NCBI GenBank assembly: GCA_963677485.1
Contig: OY781964.1
Span: 1,760,001-1,824,000 of the forward strand
DNA length: 64,000 nt
DNA from: Armatimonadota bacterium
GTDB lineage: Bacteria; Armatimonadota; HRBIN16
Reading direction: 5' to 3'
A program made the translations under genes and the position numbers. Positions 47,563-56,749 of this stretch are shown here, one piece after another. Below the pieces are notes generated by a model. The model was not told where the DNA came from. It saw only the letters and a program-made list of their open reading frames with translations, and searched no databases. The number at the start of each line of letters is the position of its first letter. Position 1 is the stretch's first letter.

Positions 47563-48389
47563 CCCTCCGCATCATAGTTCATCCACAGCACCTCTACAGC
47601 CGTATCACCAGTGCCGTTACGCCCGCAGCTAGACGGCTTCACCTTGGGCGGTGCTTTCACCACCCGCCAGCCAGACAGTGCCATCGTATACAGCTCGCTA
47701 TCGTATCCGCTGATCGCCACCCGACCTTTGCACCTCTGGCAGAGTTCAAGCAGCTCGGTATGCTGACGGTCATTCATCTCGTTCTGATACTGCGCCGTTT
47801 TGCTCGATCTTGACGCCAGCACATAGGGCGGGTCGAGGTAGAACAACGCCTCCGGACGGTCCCACCGCTCGATCACTTCACGTGCATCCGCGCACTCGAT
47901 CACGACCCGGCGCAGGCGCTCTGCCACCGGGTATAGGCGGTCCACTGCTGTGATCCACTTCGAACACATGCCATTCATGCCGTTCGCAGACGAGTAAGCA
48001 CGGCCCCAGTTGGACGCCTCCTTATGACGGCCGTAGAAGCCAAGCACCGGAAGCATGAACCACATCCTGGCCCGCTCGATCATATCGTCGACCTGGCTCA
48101 GTCCCTTGTTCATGTCGATCGCCATCGCATATTCATGCTTGCTGTTTGGGGTGAGTTTCAATCGGGTAATGAGCTCGTCCGGGTGGTCTCTCAGCACCCT
48201 GAAGAAGTTCACGCAGTTGAGATACAAGTCGTTGTAGACTTCGTTCTTGGCAGGCTCCCGGTTAAGGAGCACGGCAGCCGATCCACCGAACGGCTCGATA
48301 TAGAATTCAGAGGCGGGTAGATTGGGCAGTATGAAGCCCAACTGGCTGTTCTTGCCACCAAAGTAGCTGAACGCGGTAAGCTTGTGCAT
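47550..48389 (-). CDS. DNA adenine methyltransferase (D12/Dam class)
   Basis: YFGGK, YIEPFGGS, E.YND, FYLDPPY, E.LW.NY. Confidence 0.92.
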   Translation of the reverse strand: MHKLTAFSYFGGKNSQLGFILPNLPASEFYIEPFGGSAAVLLNREPAKNEVYNDLYLNCVNFFRVLRDHPDELITRLKLTPNSKHEYAMAIDMNKGLSQVDDMIERARMWFMLPVLGFYGRHKEASNWGRAYSSANGMNGMCSKWITAVDRLYPVAERLRRVVIECADAREVIERWDRPEALFYLDPPYVLASRSSKTAQYQNEMNDRQHTELLELCQRCKGRVAISGYDSELYTMALSGWRVVKAPPKVKPSSCGRNGTGDTAVEVLWMNYDAEGCRL

Positions 48390-48473
48390 ACATAACACTT
48401 CCAGAAATGTGATTATCGGTAACCACACATCATTATGTAGAAATATATACACGTTTATCCAGTCGGCGGTCAA

Positions 48474-48776
48474 CTAACGAATACCCTCCAGGAAAGCGTC
48501 CATCTGAGAGGGGCGCAGCACAAACGCCTCACGCCCCGCATCTCGAAGCTTCAACAGCCAGTCTTTTTGCTCAACGGTCACCCGACCGTCTTCTCTCTTG
48601 AGTTCGATAAACAACACACGCTGGCCACGGACCGCCACCACATCAGGGAACCCCTTGTTGCTACGTCGGCTGTCGTGGGTGTGATACCACAGCCATCCAA
48701 ACAGGCTTAGGGCGTCGGTCACTGTGTCCTGGAACTCCTTCTCGCTTACTTGGCCGCTTTTTGATGCTCGGAGCAT
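48474..48776 (-). CDS. VRR-NUC domain nuclease
   Basis: EK.FQ...GFPD.V......FIELK...G.....Q..W. Confidence 0.85.
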   Translation of the reverse strand: MLRASKSGQVSEKEFQDTVTDALSLFGWLWYHTHDSRRSNKGFPDVVAVRGQRVLFIELKREDGRVTVEQKDWLLKLRDAGREAFVLRPSQMDAFLEGIR

Positions 48777-49252
48777 AACACCTTCCCGTATCGCTTGCCA
48801 GATAGCGCAGCCTGGCCGGATGTCAGTGCTACGCCACATACGACGCATGTCTCGGCGGTCGGTATTGGTCGATTTGTCGTAATAGTGCTTGTATCTGTAG
48901 ATATTCTAGCACTATCTAGCAGTTGGTTGTCAACATCCACGTCGGCGGTCCCATACCCGGCAAAGCGCAAGGCTCTACCCACAGCCCCACTTTCGGCTTT
49001 TTCGACGTAGTCGGGGAAGCTCTGGCGGGTCTCCTGCTTGTGTGCTGTGGCCACCACCGTGCCGGTCTCGCTCATCACAGTAGCGGCGGCCAAGCAGCTA
49101 TCGCCGTCGACCGTGACTTCGCAGATGATGCCCCAGTCTGGGTGTTCGGTCCTAAACCAGGCGATGGCTGCACTCACCGGCAGATACGTCCGGTTCCCTT
49201 GCACCTTGATCAGGTGATCTGATGGGTTAAACCCCTTCGGTTCGTTACTCAA
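48746..49252 (-). CDS. Sak/Rad52-like single-strand annealing protein with C-terminal Zn finger
   Basis: YLPV....WFR..HP...EKAE..AVGRAL...GYG; C..CG...YGK.LC..H. Confidence 0.6.
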   Translation of the reverse strand: MSNEPKGFNPSDHLIKVQGNRTYLPVSAAIAWFRTEHPDWGIICEVTVDGDSCLAAATVMSETGTVVATAHKQETRQSFPDYVEKAESGAVGRALRFAGYGTADVDVDNQLLDSARISTDTSTITTNRPIPTAETCVVCGVALTSGQAALSGKRYGKVLCSEHQKAAK

Positions 49253-49538
49253 TATCGAAAACTCCTATTGAGGCCCATGCGGGCCAGTGTTCATGTCGTG
49301 TCATCCTAAGTTTGGTATGCCAGTTGGCTTCAACGGGACGTATCCCATCGGTGAACTTGATATGGCCATCTATGAGGCATTTTGCACACAGCCCACGCAG
49401 GTAAGTCTCGTGTGGGTTGATGCTTTTCGTTTGCGCAACAACCACATACGGCGCGTCGCATGTCCTATGCCGCCATATACGCCCGTTGGCCCGCATGACA
49501 TGCTGCCCGATGAACTCGTGTGCCTGCCTCACTTGCAC
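49245..49538 (-). CDS. Phage hypothetical protein
   Basis: Coupled ORF in the replication operon. Confidence 0.5.
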   Translation of the reverse strand: MQVRQAHEFIGQHVMRANGRIWRHRTCDAPYVVVAQTKSINPHETYLRGLCAKCLIDGHIKFTDGIRPVEANWHTKLRMTRHEHWPAWASIGVFDIE

Positions 49539-50074
49539 CCTCCCAGCAGACCGGGAAGTGACCGCAGCGAGTCGCCGATGGACCCCATTCCAGACCGACG
49601 CCCTTCAACCATAGGCCGTTCCTCGATGGGTTTGTCCAGGACGTGCTTGCGTAACTCCCCATATGTCACCCTGAACTCCCGGCTAATATCCTCCGATGTC
49701 ATCTCGCAGAGCCGGTAATATCCGATCGTGGCCACGGCTTTTGCGATGATGGGGTGGCTGTATTTCGGTTGACCTTGATAGCGGTTGAGGGTCTCACGCA
49801 CCTCCCACAACGCATCCGCCACAGTCGGCACGCCTTCGATCTGGGCGTGTTCACGCGCCTCCACCACGTAATGCAGCACTGCACCTGGCGTTCGTGGCAT
49901 GAAGTTCGACTCTTTGGTCATCAGGAACTTATCAAGAGCGGCGTCAAACTCATCGTCAGTGATGTCGTGGCGTTCGATCTGAACCCTCCACATGGTCTGC
50001 TGCTTCTGGCTGTATTCAGCACCGTAGGTGATGGCAAAGAAGGCCATCGCGTCGGCAAATCTTTCATCGGTCAT
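49529..50074 (-). CDS. Helicase loader/inhibitor-like protein (G39P-like)
   Basis: Follows the initiator; F.P.....I....P....AW/L..V...IG...LC...F...Y pattern. Confidence 0.55.
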   Translation of the reverse strand: MTDERFADAMAFFAITYGAEYSQKQQTMWRVQIERHDITDDEFDAALDKFLMTKESNFMPRTPGAVLHYVVEAREHAQIEGVPTVADALWEVRETLNRYQGQPKYSHPIIAKAVATIGYYRLCEMTSEDISREFRVTYGELRKHVLDKPIEERPMVEGRRSGMGSIGDSLRSLPGLLGGCK

Positions 50075-50933
50075 TGTAGAGTTCTCCCATCACATTCGCG
50101 GCGTTAGCTCTGGCCCGCGCCTCGAGTTCATCATCAGACAACCTCGGCGGTTTGCTACCACTTCCCGGCGGTTTGGACTGCATGGCTTCGGCATCGGTCA
50201 AGTGCCTGAGCGTGTATGCCAAGCTCCACACGTTCAGGCTCTGTGGGCTGCATTTGGTTCTAGCGTTGATCCATGCGGCGGCGATCCTGGTGGGTGGCCA
50301 CCCGGAGGCGAGGGCTTGTTTCATGGCCCGCAGCAGTGGGGTTACCTCGCTGCTGGGCGGCTCCGGAAGCCCGGCCAGCGAGTAGGTCTCGATCACGGAG
50401 CGGTAGGGGTCCGGCTTCGGCTCTTTGGGTTTTGGAGGTTGAACGGGAGGGTGTTCAGCCGCTTCGGCGTCAGCCGAACCCGTAAGGGAATCTTCGTTCA
50501 ATGAGTCTCGTTCAATTGGGTATCGTTCGGGTCTAGATTTTAGACTACCGGTAGTCTGTTTTTTAGACTGGGGTAGTCTATTTTCTGGACTACCTGGTTG
50601 ATCATCTAGACTACCATCACCCTGGTCATCATCGGGTACCATCATGGTGTAGAGGTTGCTGGCTGGGTCGCCGTCATCGTCGTATCTAGCCGTCTTTACC
50701 ACCAGCCCTTTTTGGACGAGTTCTTTGACCGCCTCGACAGCAGATGCACGGCAAACCCCGGCATCGCTCGCGATGGTAGCATAACTTGGCCAGCATTTGC
50801 AGGTGTTGCCATCCGACCTGTCAAGCAGACATGGGTAGACAGCTTTTGCCGATGCGGACAGGCTTCGCCATAGCCCGGTTCGTATAATCGAAGACGGGAA
50901 TGGCGTAAATTTCTGTGCGGGTTTGAGCCTCAA
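50064..50933 (-). CDS. Phage replication initiator (N-terminal winged HTH)
   Basis: LS..AK.VY..L...CWPS..TIA...G.....V..A..EL...GL....R....SN.Y; likely TTG start at 50933 after GGGAGG. Confidence 0.8.
   Translation of the reverse strand: MRLKPAQKFTPFPSSIIRTGLWRSLSASAKAVYPCLLDRSDGNTCKCWPSYATIASDAGVCRASAVEAVKELVQKGLVVKTARYDDDGDPASNLYTMMVPDDDQGDGSLDDQPGSPENRLPQSKKQTTGSLKSRPERYPIERDSLNEDSLTGSADAEAAEHPPVQPPKPKEPKPDPYRSVIETYSLAGLPEPPSSEVTPLLRAMKQALASGWPPTRIAAAWINARTKCSPQSLNVWSLAYTLRHLTDAEAMQSKPPGSGSKPPRLSDDELEARARANAANVMGELYNDR
50541..50615. promoter_or_regulatory. Putative replication origin iterons inside the initiator gene
   Basis: TAGACTACC-like units at 50541, 50564, 50586 and 50607; perfect 16-bp palindrome AGACTACCGGTAGTCT at 50542-50557. 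Confidence 0.7.
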
Positions 50934-51055
50934 TGTGTGCCTCCCGCCGTGACTAATAATGAGTCTATGATCCTCGCCGAGCAACACATGGCAACGTCAC
51001 GGTAAGATATTACTGTGTGCTCATTTCCTTCATTAGCAATGTAGTAATCATTTGA
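50930..51055 (-). other. 3' half (SNDYY...AGGTH*) of the attP-spanning phage ORF
   Basis: Same frame through the core as the attL half; its TGA overlaps the rep TTG start. Confidence 0.65.
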
Positions 51056-51069
51056 GGTACTATATTTGC
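51056..51069 (+). repeat. attR core GGTACTATATTTGC (contains the probable recA -10 box TACTAT)
   Basis: Identical to 14499-14512; 35 bp before the recA ATG. Confidence 0.88.
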
Positions 51070-51104
51070 GTATACATATATAAACTATATCCGGAGGTCC
51101 CATC

Positions 51105-52145
51105 ATGGCCGTACAAGACAAACAGAAAGCACTCGATATCGCCCTGGGGGTCATTGAAAAGCAGTTTGGCAAAGGCTCCGTGATGCGACTGGGCGACAAA
51201 ACCGGTATGCAGGTGGAGTCGATCCCCACCGGATCCATCGCACTCGACTATGCGCTGGGCATCGGCGGCGTACCGCGTGGACGTATCGTGGAAATCTACG
51301 GCGCGGAAAGCTCCGGTAAAACCACCCTGGCACTGCAAATCGTGGCGGAAGCACAGCTTAACGGCGGCATCTGCGCCTTTGTGGATGCGGAACATGCTCT
51401 GGACCCCGATTATGCAAGCAACATCGGCGTGAACATCGACCAGCTCTATGTCTCGCAGCCCGGCACGGGTGAAGAGGCACTGGAGATCATGGACGCGCTG
51501 GTACGCACCGGTGCAATTGATGTGATCGTGCTGGACAGCGTGGCGGCATTGGTACCGAAAGCGGAAATCGAAGGCGAGATGGGTGATGCCCATGTGGGCA
51601 TCCAGGCGCGTTTGATGAGCCAGGCGATGCGCAAAATCGGCGGTTCCATCAGCAAGACCGGAACCGTGGCGATCTTCATCAACCAGTTGCGCGAAAAAAT
51701 CGGCGTGATGTATGGCAACCCCGAGACCACTCCCGGCGGCCGCGCGCTGAAGTTCTGGGCCAGTGTGCGTCTGGATGTGCGCCGCGTGGACAGCCTGAAG
51801 CAAGGCACCGATGTGGTGGGCAACCGCGTGCGTGTGAAAGTGGTCAAGAACAAGGTGGCCCCGCCCTTCCGGCAGGTGGAGTTTGACATCATGTTCGGCA
51901 AGGGTATCAGCAAAATCGGCGGCGTGCTGGATATGGCCGTGGAAAAAGACGTCATTAAGAAGAGCGGCACATGGTTCACTTACGGCGAAGTCCGGCTGGG
52001 ACAGGGTCGGGAGAACGCCCGTACCTTCCTGACTCAGCATCCCGATGTGTTTGCCGAGGTAGACCAGAAGACCCGCACCATCCTCAATGGCACCCCCGTA
52101 GTGGGGCCTGTCAGCACAGATGAAGAGGAACCAGAGGACGAGTAG
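51105..52145 (+). CDS. recA: Recombinase A
   Basis: [53 protein letters not shown]; RBS GGAGG. Confidence 0.99.
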   Translation: MAVQDKQKALDIALGVIEKQFGKGSVMRLGDKTGMQVESIPTGSIALDYALGIGGVPRGRIVEIYGAESSGKTTLALQIVAEAQLNGGICAFVDAEHALDPDYASNIGVNIDQLYVSQPGTGEEALEIMDALVRTGAIDVIVLDSVAALVPKAEIEGEMGDAHVGIQARLMSQAMRKIGGSISKTGTVAIFINQLREKIGVMYGNPETTPGGRALKFWASVRLDVRRVDSLKQGTDVVGNRVRVKVVKNKVAPPFRQVEFDIMFGKGISKIGGVLDMAVEKDVIKKSGTWFTYGEVRLGQGRENARTFLTQHPDVFAEVDQKTRTILNGTPVVGPVSTDEEEPEDE

Positions 52146-52166
52146 TACCGGATTTCGATGATTGAC

Positions 52167-52201
52167 CAACGGGTGGCTGACATGCCGCCCGTTGTGTTTT
52201 T
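52167..52201 (+). terminator. recA intrinsic terminator
   Basis: CAACGGGTGGC/GCCGCCCGTTG stem followed by TGTTTTT. Confidence 0.8.
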
Positions 52202-52237
52202 ACGCCGACCGGATGACTGTTGATGTGGTATATTTAC

Positions 52238-53041
52238 TCAGCTTCTCACTTTTGATATCACCCATGCAATCCCAACCAGTATAAAGGATACAGCTGCGAT
52301 CGCAGGTCCAGATGGAACGTCGAGAGTGATCGACATCGATAACCCCACTATCGTTGCGATGGAAGCCGCTCCGATGGCGACAGCGAATACTCTTTTCATA
52401 CTCTGAGTGATCAGCAGTGCTGTCACAGCCGGCATAACCAAAAAAGCGAATACCAACAGCGTCCCAGCCAGCCTGATCGACATCGAGATCACCACACCCA
52501 GGATAATGAAAAAGAACATATCCCAGGCTGATGACCGGATGCCTGAGGCTTGAGCTGTTTCTGCATCGAAGGCGGAATACATAAACTGCTTCATAAACAG
52601 CGTATGAAGCAAGATGGCGGCTATTGCCACCCCCGCCATAGTCCATACCTGAGGCATCGTGACAGTCAAGATATCGCCAGAAAGCACATCCAGCATATGC
52701 CCCTCACCCTGGGCACTTTTGGCCACGAACAACACAGCCAAAGCTGATGCCAACGCATAGCCTATACCTATGAAACTCTCCTGGGTAATCCGTTTGTCTT
52801 TTGGCTTGACGGAGAAGGCAGCCACACCGCCCATAGTGAGTGTGAGTGCTACCACCGATGGGTTCCAACCGAGAAGCATGGCAAGTCCGACACCAGCACT
52901 TGACACCTGAGCAAGCGCTGCCCCGACGAACACCACTCGGCGAAGCACCACATATACTCCCAGATATGCGCATACAATGCCAACTACCAGGCTCCCCATG
53001 AGAGCTACGCGGAGAAACGAATCGTGGAACATACTAAGCAT
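52238..53041 (-). CDS. Metal (Zn/Mn) ABC transporter permease
   Basis: LG.YVVLRR..F.G.AL, FD.E.A...G, G.LLVFA.L..PA, D.PSG. Confidence 0.9.
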   Translation of the reverse strand: MLSMFHDSFLRVALMGSLVVGIVCAYLGVYVVLRRVVFVGAALAQVSSAGVGLAMLLGWNPSVVALTLTMGGVAAFSVKPKDKRITQESFIGIGYALASALAVLFVAKSAQGEGHMLDVLSGDILTVTMPQVWTMAGVAIAAILLHTLFMKQFMYSAFDAETAQASGIRSSAWDMFFFIILGVVISMSIRLAGTLLVFAFLVMPAVTALLITQSMKRVFAVAIGAASIATIVGLSMSITLDVPSGPAIAAVSFILVGIAWVISKVRS

Positions 53042-53804
53042 TACATCCTCCTGTCAGTACCACGCGGTGTTGGCCATTATTCTCCACACTTACCGGGATG
53101 CCGTAAATAGCGCTCAATCGGTCTGAGGTAAGCACATCCTCCGTCTTGCCCACTAATTGAACGCCGTCATCAACCAAAGCGAGGGTCTTGACATAGTCTG
53201 ATACCACATTAAGGAGATGGCTGACCATCACAATGGTGATACCATCGGATTCGTTAAGCTTCTCAAGCAGCTCCATGATCGCATATTCACTGCCGATGTC
53301 CATGTCGTTAGTGGGTTCGTCTAGTATCAGCACCTCAGTCTCAGAGGCTAAGGCACGGGCTATGAGTGTTCGTTGCTTCTGCCCGCCCGAAAGCTCCCGA
53401 TATGGCCGATTGGCAAGATCGGTAATACCTACATGCTCAAGGCACTTTCGCACAGCCTCTTTATCCTCTGTGCGTGGTCTTCCGAATACACCTAAAAGCG
53501 GGTAGCGGCCCATCAGCGCCACGTCAAGCACCGTCAGAGGATATACCTCGTCAATAAACTGCCGCTGTGGCACGTAACCGAACCTGACACCTGGACGCCT
53601 AGTGATGTCGCCGGACTGAGGTTTCAGGATGCCCAGAATGGCCTTCAGAATGGTGGTCTTACCCGTTCCGTTAGGGCCCACAATTCCTAAGAAGTCACCT
53701 TTTGTCAGACTCAAATTCAAACCTGTGATAACACTTCGTCGTCCATACCCCAGGTTTGCATTTTGAAATGAAAGAAGATTGTTGTCCGTATCGCTGTTAT
53801 TCAT
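53034..53804 (-). CDS. Metal ABC transporter ATP-binding protein
   Basis: GPNGTGKTT, GYVPQ, LSGGQKQR, LDEPT, SH; start uncertain (53804 or 53837). Confidence 0.92.
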   Translation of the reverse strand: MNNSDTDNNLLSFQNANLGYGRRSVITGLNLSLTKGDFLGIVGPNGTGKTTILKAILGILKPQSGDITRRPGVRFGYVPQRQFIDEVYPLTVLDVALMGRYPLLGVFGRPRTEDKEAVRKCLEHVGITDLANRPYRELSGGQKQRTLIARALASETEVLILDEPTNDMDIGSEYAIMELLEKLNESDGITIVMVSHLLNVVSDYVKTLALVDDGVQLVGKTEDVLTSDRLSAIYGIPVSVENNGQHRVVLTGGCNA

Positions 53805-53814
53805 ATGATATATA

Positions 53815-53848
53815 TTGAGCAGGCCAAGCAGTTTCATGGCCTGCTCAA
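53815..53848. promoter_or_regulatory. Intercistronic hairpin after the substrate-binding gene
   Basis: 12-bp perfect stem TTGAGCAGGCCA/TGGCCTGCTCAA. Confidence 0.55.
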
Positions 53849-53855
53849 GACCTTT

Positions 53856-54782
53856 CTAGCGGAGTGCCGCTTTGTACTTCTCTACCCAGGCATCGATCAG
53901 ATCGATGTAATTCTTCGTGCCCATTGAGCCCACCGAATATGGGACCACCTGATATTTCACTCCCGTCTCACGGGCGATCAGGTCAGGGAACCGTTGGGGG
54001 TACACCGATTCTATAACCATGGCATCAATATGCTGGTCTTTCATCCTGCGTATCAAGCCTTGAATGTGCGATGCAGACGGAGGAATACCTGGTTTATCTT
54101 CCAGGGTTCCGCCTTCCTCCAACCCAAACCGATTCAGGAAGTAGATGGTGCTTTCATGATAGTGGACGACCTTCTTGCCCTTATATGGCAAGAGCTCTTT
54201 GTGCCATTCGACCATACGATGGTCGATCTCTTTGGCAAAGTTCTCGTAGTTTTTCTCATATGTGGCCTTATTCCCCGGATCAATACGAGAGAGACCTTCC
54301 ATGATGTTTCTGGCAACCACCTTGCCGCACAGCGGGTCATAGAAGTAATGAGGGTTGCCCATGACATGGATATCGCCCGATGCACCGGTGACCTGTTCCT
54401 TAGGAATCTCCAGCCGTCGAACACCTTCAGAGGCGTCAACATATCCTTTGGCACCGCGATACACTGACCGATTACCGGATGCATTAATCAACGCATCCAT
54501 CCACATGTCGAGGTCAAGGCCTACACGAACCACCATCTCAGCACGAGATAATCTACCGACATCGCTGGGTCGTGCATCCACCCTGTGGTAATCCCGGTTT
54601 GGCTTAGCAACCGAGTAGACGGAGACTCGATTTCCTCCCACCTGTTCGGTAATGCTAGCGAGTTCAGGTGTTGATGTCACCACATTTATTGCTGCATGAG
54701 CATGTGAGGCGAAGGTTATACATACAGTTGCTGTCAGTAAACTGCCAGCAACGATTTTCCAAATTAGGTTCTTGCGGTTCAT
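53856..54782 (-). CDS. Metal ABC substrate-binding protein (ZnuA family)
   Basis: Signal peptide; DYH, GDIH..GNPHY..DP, YH, KPGIPP...H. Confidence 0.9.
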   Translation of the reverse strand: MNRKNLIWKIVAGSLLTATVCITFASHAHAAINVVTSTPELASITEQVGGNRVSVYSVAKPNRDYHRVDARPSDVGRLSRAEMVVRVGLDLDMWMDALINASGNRSVYRGAKGYVDASEGVRRLEIPKEQVTGASGDIHVMGNPHYFYDPLCGKVVARNIMEGLSRIDPGNKATYEKNYENFAKEIDHRMVEWHKELLPYKGKKVVHYHESTIYFLNRFGLEEGGTLEDKPGIPPSASHIQGLIRRMKDQHIDAMVIESVYPQRFPDLIARETGVKYQVVPYSVGSMGTKNYIDLIDAWVEKYKAALR

Positions 54783-54800
54783 TCTATGCTCTCTTTTCTG

Positions 54801-56090
54801 TTATTCCAGGTTGTGCGTGTGAGGCCCGATACCGCATACCCACATCAGCCACAGTTCGTTGTATTCGTCTGCCCCCGGTCTCCAACCATGGTTTCCTTGC
54901 AGACGCAGATAGTATTGCTCGGAAAACTGGTGGGTATATGTGAGCGACAGGGCGGATTCGTGAAGATCGGTGGACTGGGGGAACTGGCTCCAGCTATACA
55001 CCGAGCCGATGCTGTTGTATTTATTCAACCAATAGCTGCCTTCGACGTAGTAACCGGATGCGGTAGCTTGGTTAGGGGTGTGCATCTCTTGACGCCAAAA
55101 CTGCTCCCCTCGCAGTGTGAATTTCGTGTCGTGATCGCCATAGTGACGATAGTTCAAGTCAAGACCAGTGAGGCGGGTTCGGCCATCGGTCGGTACCGAG
55201 CTGTCCTCGGAATTCCCTTCTGCATACGAGTAGCCAAACTCTAATTCGTTATCGGGAGTGACTGAATAGCCTGTCCAAAGCCGGGCGGTGTTAAACACCC
55301 CATTGAAGGCAGCTCCCTGGCCGACCACCATGTCAGGAAGGCTGGATGACTCACCACCCTCCCCGCCAGCCCATGTTCCCAGATCAAGCTGGGCAAACAA
55401 GTTGTTGTGAGTAGGCAACAGGTAGCTAAGCTGCATACCTTCACCCGTCAAGTTCTCTTCCGACACAAGGTTGCGAAACGCCAGAGGTCTGTTCACCCAC
55501 GGCCAGGAGTGGCTATGAAGTTGATTTGTCCTGCCGAAAGGTACGTATTTCTTTCCAACATAGAAATTCAACCCCTTAGCCAAGCCAAAATACGATACAT
55601 ACCCTTCCTCAAGCTGGGCAGGGCTGTCTTCCTTTGGGCTCATAGAGATGAAGGCATCAGCCTTAACGTTGGGATAGACCCATCCCTGGATGCCAAGTTC
55701 ACCTTCCGTTAACCTTGTGGTATTTCTGTCTGGGTCTCGCTTGTCTGAGCTTGTAAACCCTTTGGTCTGCAGAATGAAGCTGATATCGGGTAGGGCAAGC
55801 GCTTTACCGCCAGAGGCTGCGCCTGACTGATTATCCGGTTCTGTCTTGGCTTCAGTTTCTGATGTTTTGGCTTCGTCTTGCTGACTGACAACCGCCGCAC
55901 CATTGTCAAGAAGTGCCTTCAGATGCTTCTCCAGTTCAGCAACCCTTGCTGTTAAAGCATCGAACGCCTGTTTCGAGACAGTCACAGTTTCCGTATTTTG
56001 TTCGGAGCTATTGTTGTCAGTAGCATCCTGGCACCATGCCGGCAGGGCAAGCGCGAACAGGCATGACAATGCCAATAGTATTTGTTTCAT
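54801..56090 (-). CDS. Putative outer-membrane beta-barrel metal receptor
   Basis: Signal peptide, coiled coil, PDIS, LEEGY, FGR.N..H.H, C-terminal GPHTH. Confidence 0.7.
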   Translation of the reverse strand: MKQILLALSCLFALALPAWCQDATDNNSSEQNTETVTVSKQAFDALTARVAELEKHLKALLDNGAAVVSQQDEAKTSETEAKTEPDNQSGAASGGKALALPDISFILQTKGFTSSDKRDPDRNTTRLTEGELGIQGWVYPNVKADAFISMSPKEDSPAQLEEGYVSYFGLAKGLNFYVGKKYVPFGRTNQLHSHSWPWVNRPLAFRNLVSEENLTGEGMQLSYLLPTHNNLFAQLDLGTWAGGEGGESSSLPDMVVGQGAAFNGVFNTARLWTGYSVTPDNELEFGYSYAEGNSEDSSVPTDGRTRLTGLDLNYRHYGDHDTKFTLRGEQFWRQEMHTPNQATASGYYVEGSYWLNKYNSIGSVYSWSQFPQSTDLHESALSLTYTHQFSEQYYLRLQGNHGWRPGADEYNELWLMWVCGIGPHTHNLE

Positions 56091-56223
56091 TGTGTTAATC
56101 TACCTTCTGATAGGGAATAGAATGATTATACGATGAACGTTATTGCACTAGCGCGAGCGCCATATTGCACCATAACCCTCATTGAGTTTAATGTGATGAT
56201 TCTTATTCGGTATAGGAAGTAAA

Positions 56224-56598
56224 TTATGCTGGAGGAGCGCGGGGAGAGGCGGATCGGTCTATGCGTTGGAGAGGTGTTGAGATGACGATGTTTATTTGGA
56301 CTGCATCATCTGGCAAGGGTATGATGATGTCAGGATTACGGGCAGGTTCAGGGGTGGTGCTGTTCGCCACGGTGCAGATGGGGCACTCGTGACTCTCTTG
56401 ATAGTGATGACCGCACCAAATGGTGCCATGGGCGACATTGCATCCGTCGATTGCCTCGTGCGTATGCAGATTCGCAAGCAAGGGCTGCAACAATGCCAGC
56501 AAAGCAAACAGCGTAGGAAATACTAATGCGCTGTGTTGCTTCCGATGTGGCCATATGTTCAGCATCATCTCACGTAACATAGTTCCATAATACCGCAA
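56224..56598 (-). CDS. DUF2946/CruR-like leader protein (His-rich, CxxC, C-terminal RAPP)
   Basis: Hydrophobic N-terminus, HTH..., HECPIC, terminal SPRAPPA; first gene of the metal uptake operon; start uncertain. Confidence 0.7.
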   Translation of the reverse strand: MRYYGTMLREMMLNIWPHRKQHSALVFPTLFALLALLQPLLANLHTHEAIDGCNVAHGTIWCGHHYQESHECPICTVANSTTPEPARNPDIIIPLPDDAVQINIVISTPLQRIDRSASPRAPPA

Positions 56599-56749
56599 TG
56601 GTTCGTGAATGAAGAAGACAGAGCATCCTCGCTTGGCTTGCTACCGTTTGCGAAACCACCGGTAACGAAAGTGGTAAATCACGGCTATATGAGCATCGAA
56701 GATTCAATGGAATGACCATGCCGACTACTGACACGCCGTGATGGCAGCT

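Larger units (their letters stand above)
14499..51069. mobile_element. Apparently complete temperate siphovirus prophage (~36.6 kb) integrated at the recA promoter
   Basis: Integrase, xis, cro/cI, tail, head, terminase, HNH and replication modules between identical 14-bp repeats. Confidence 0.92.

Noticed and set aside
51060-52169. 369-aa minus-strand ORF
   Set aside because: Antisense shadow of recA
56091-56223. Fur/Zur box upstream of the OM receptor
   Set aside because: Only weak AT-rich partial matches; no convincing palindrome
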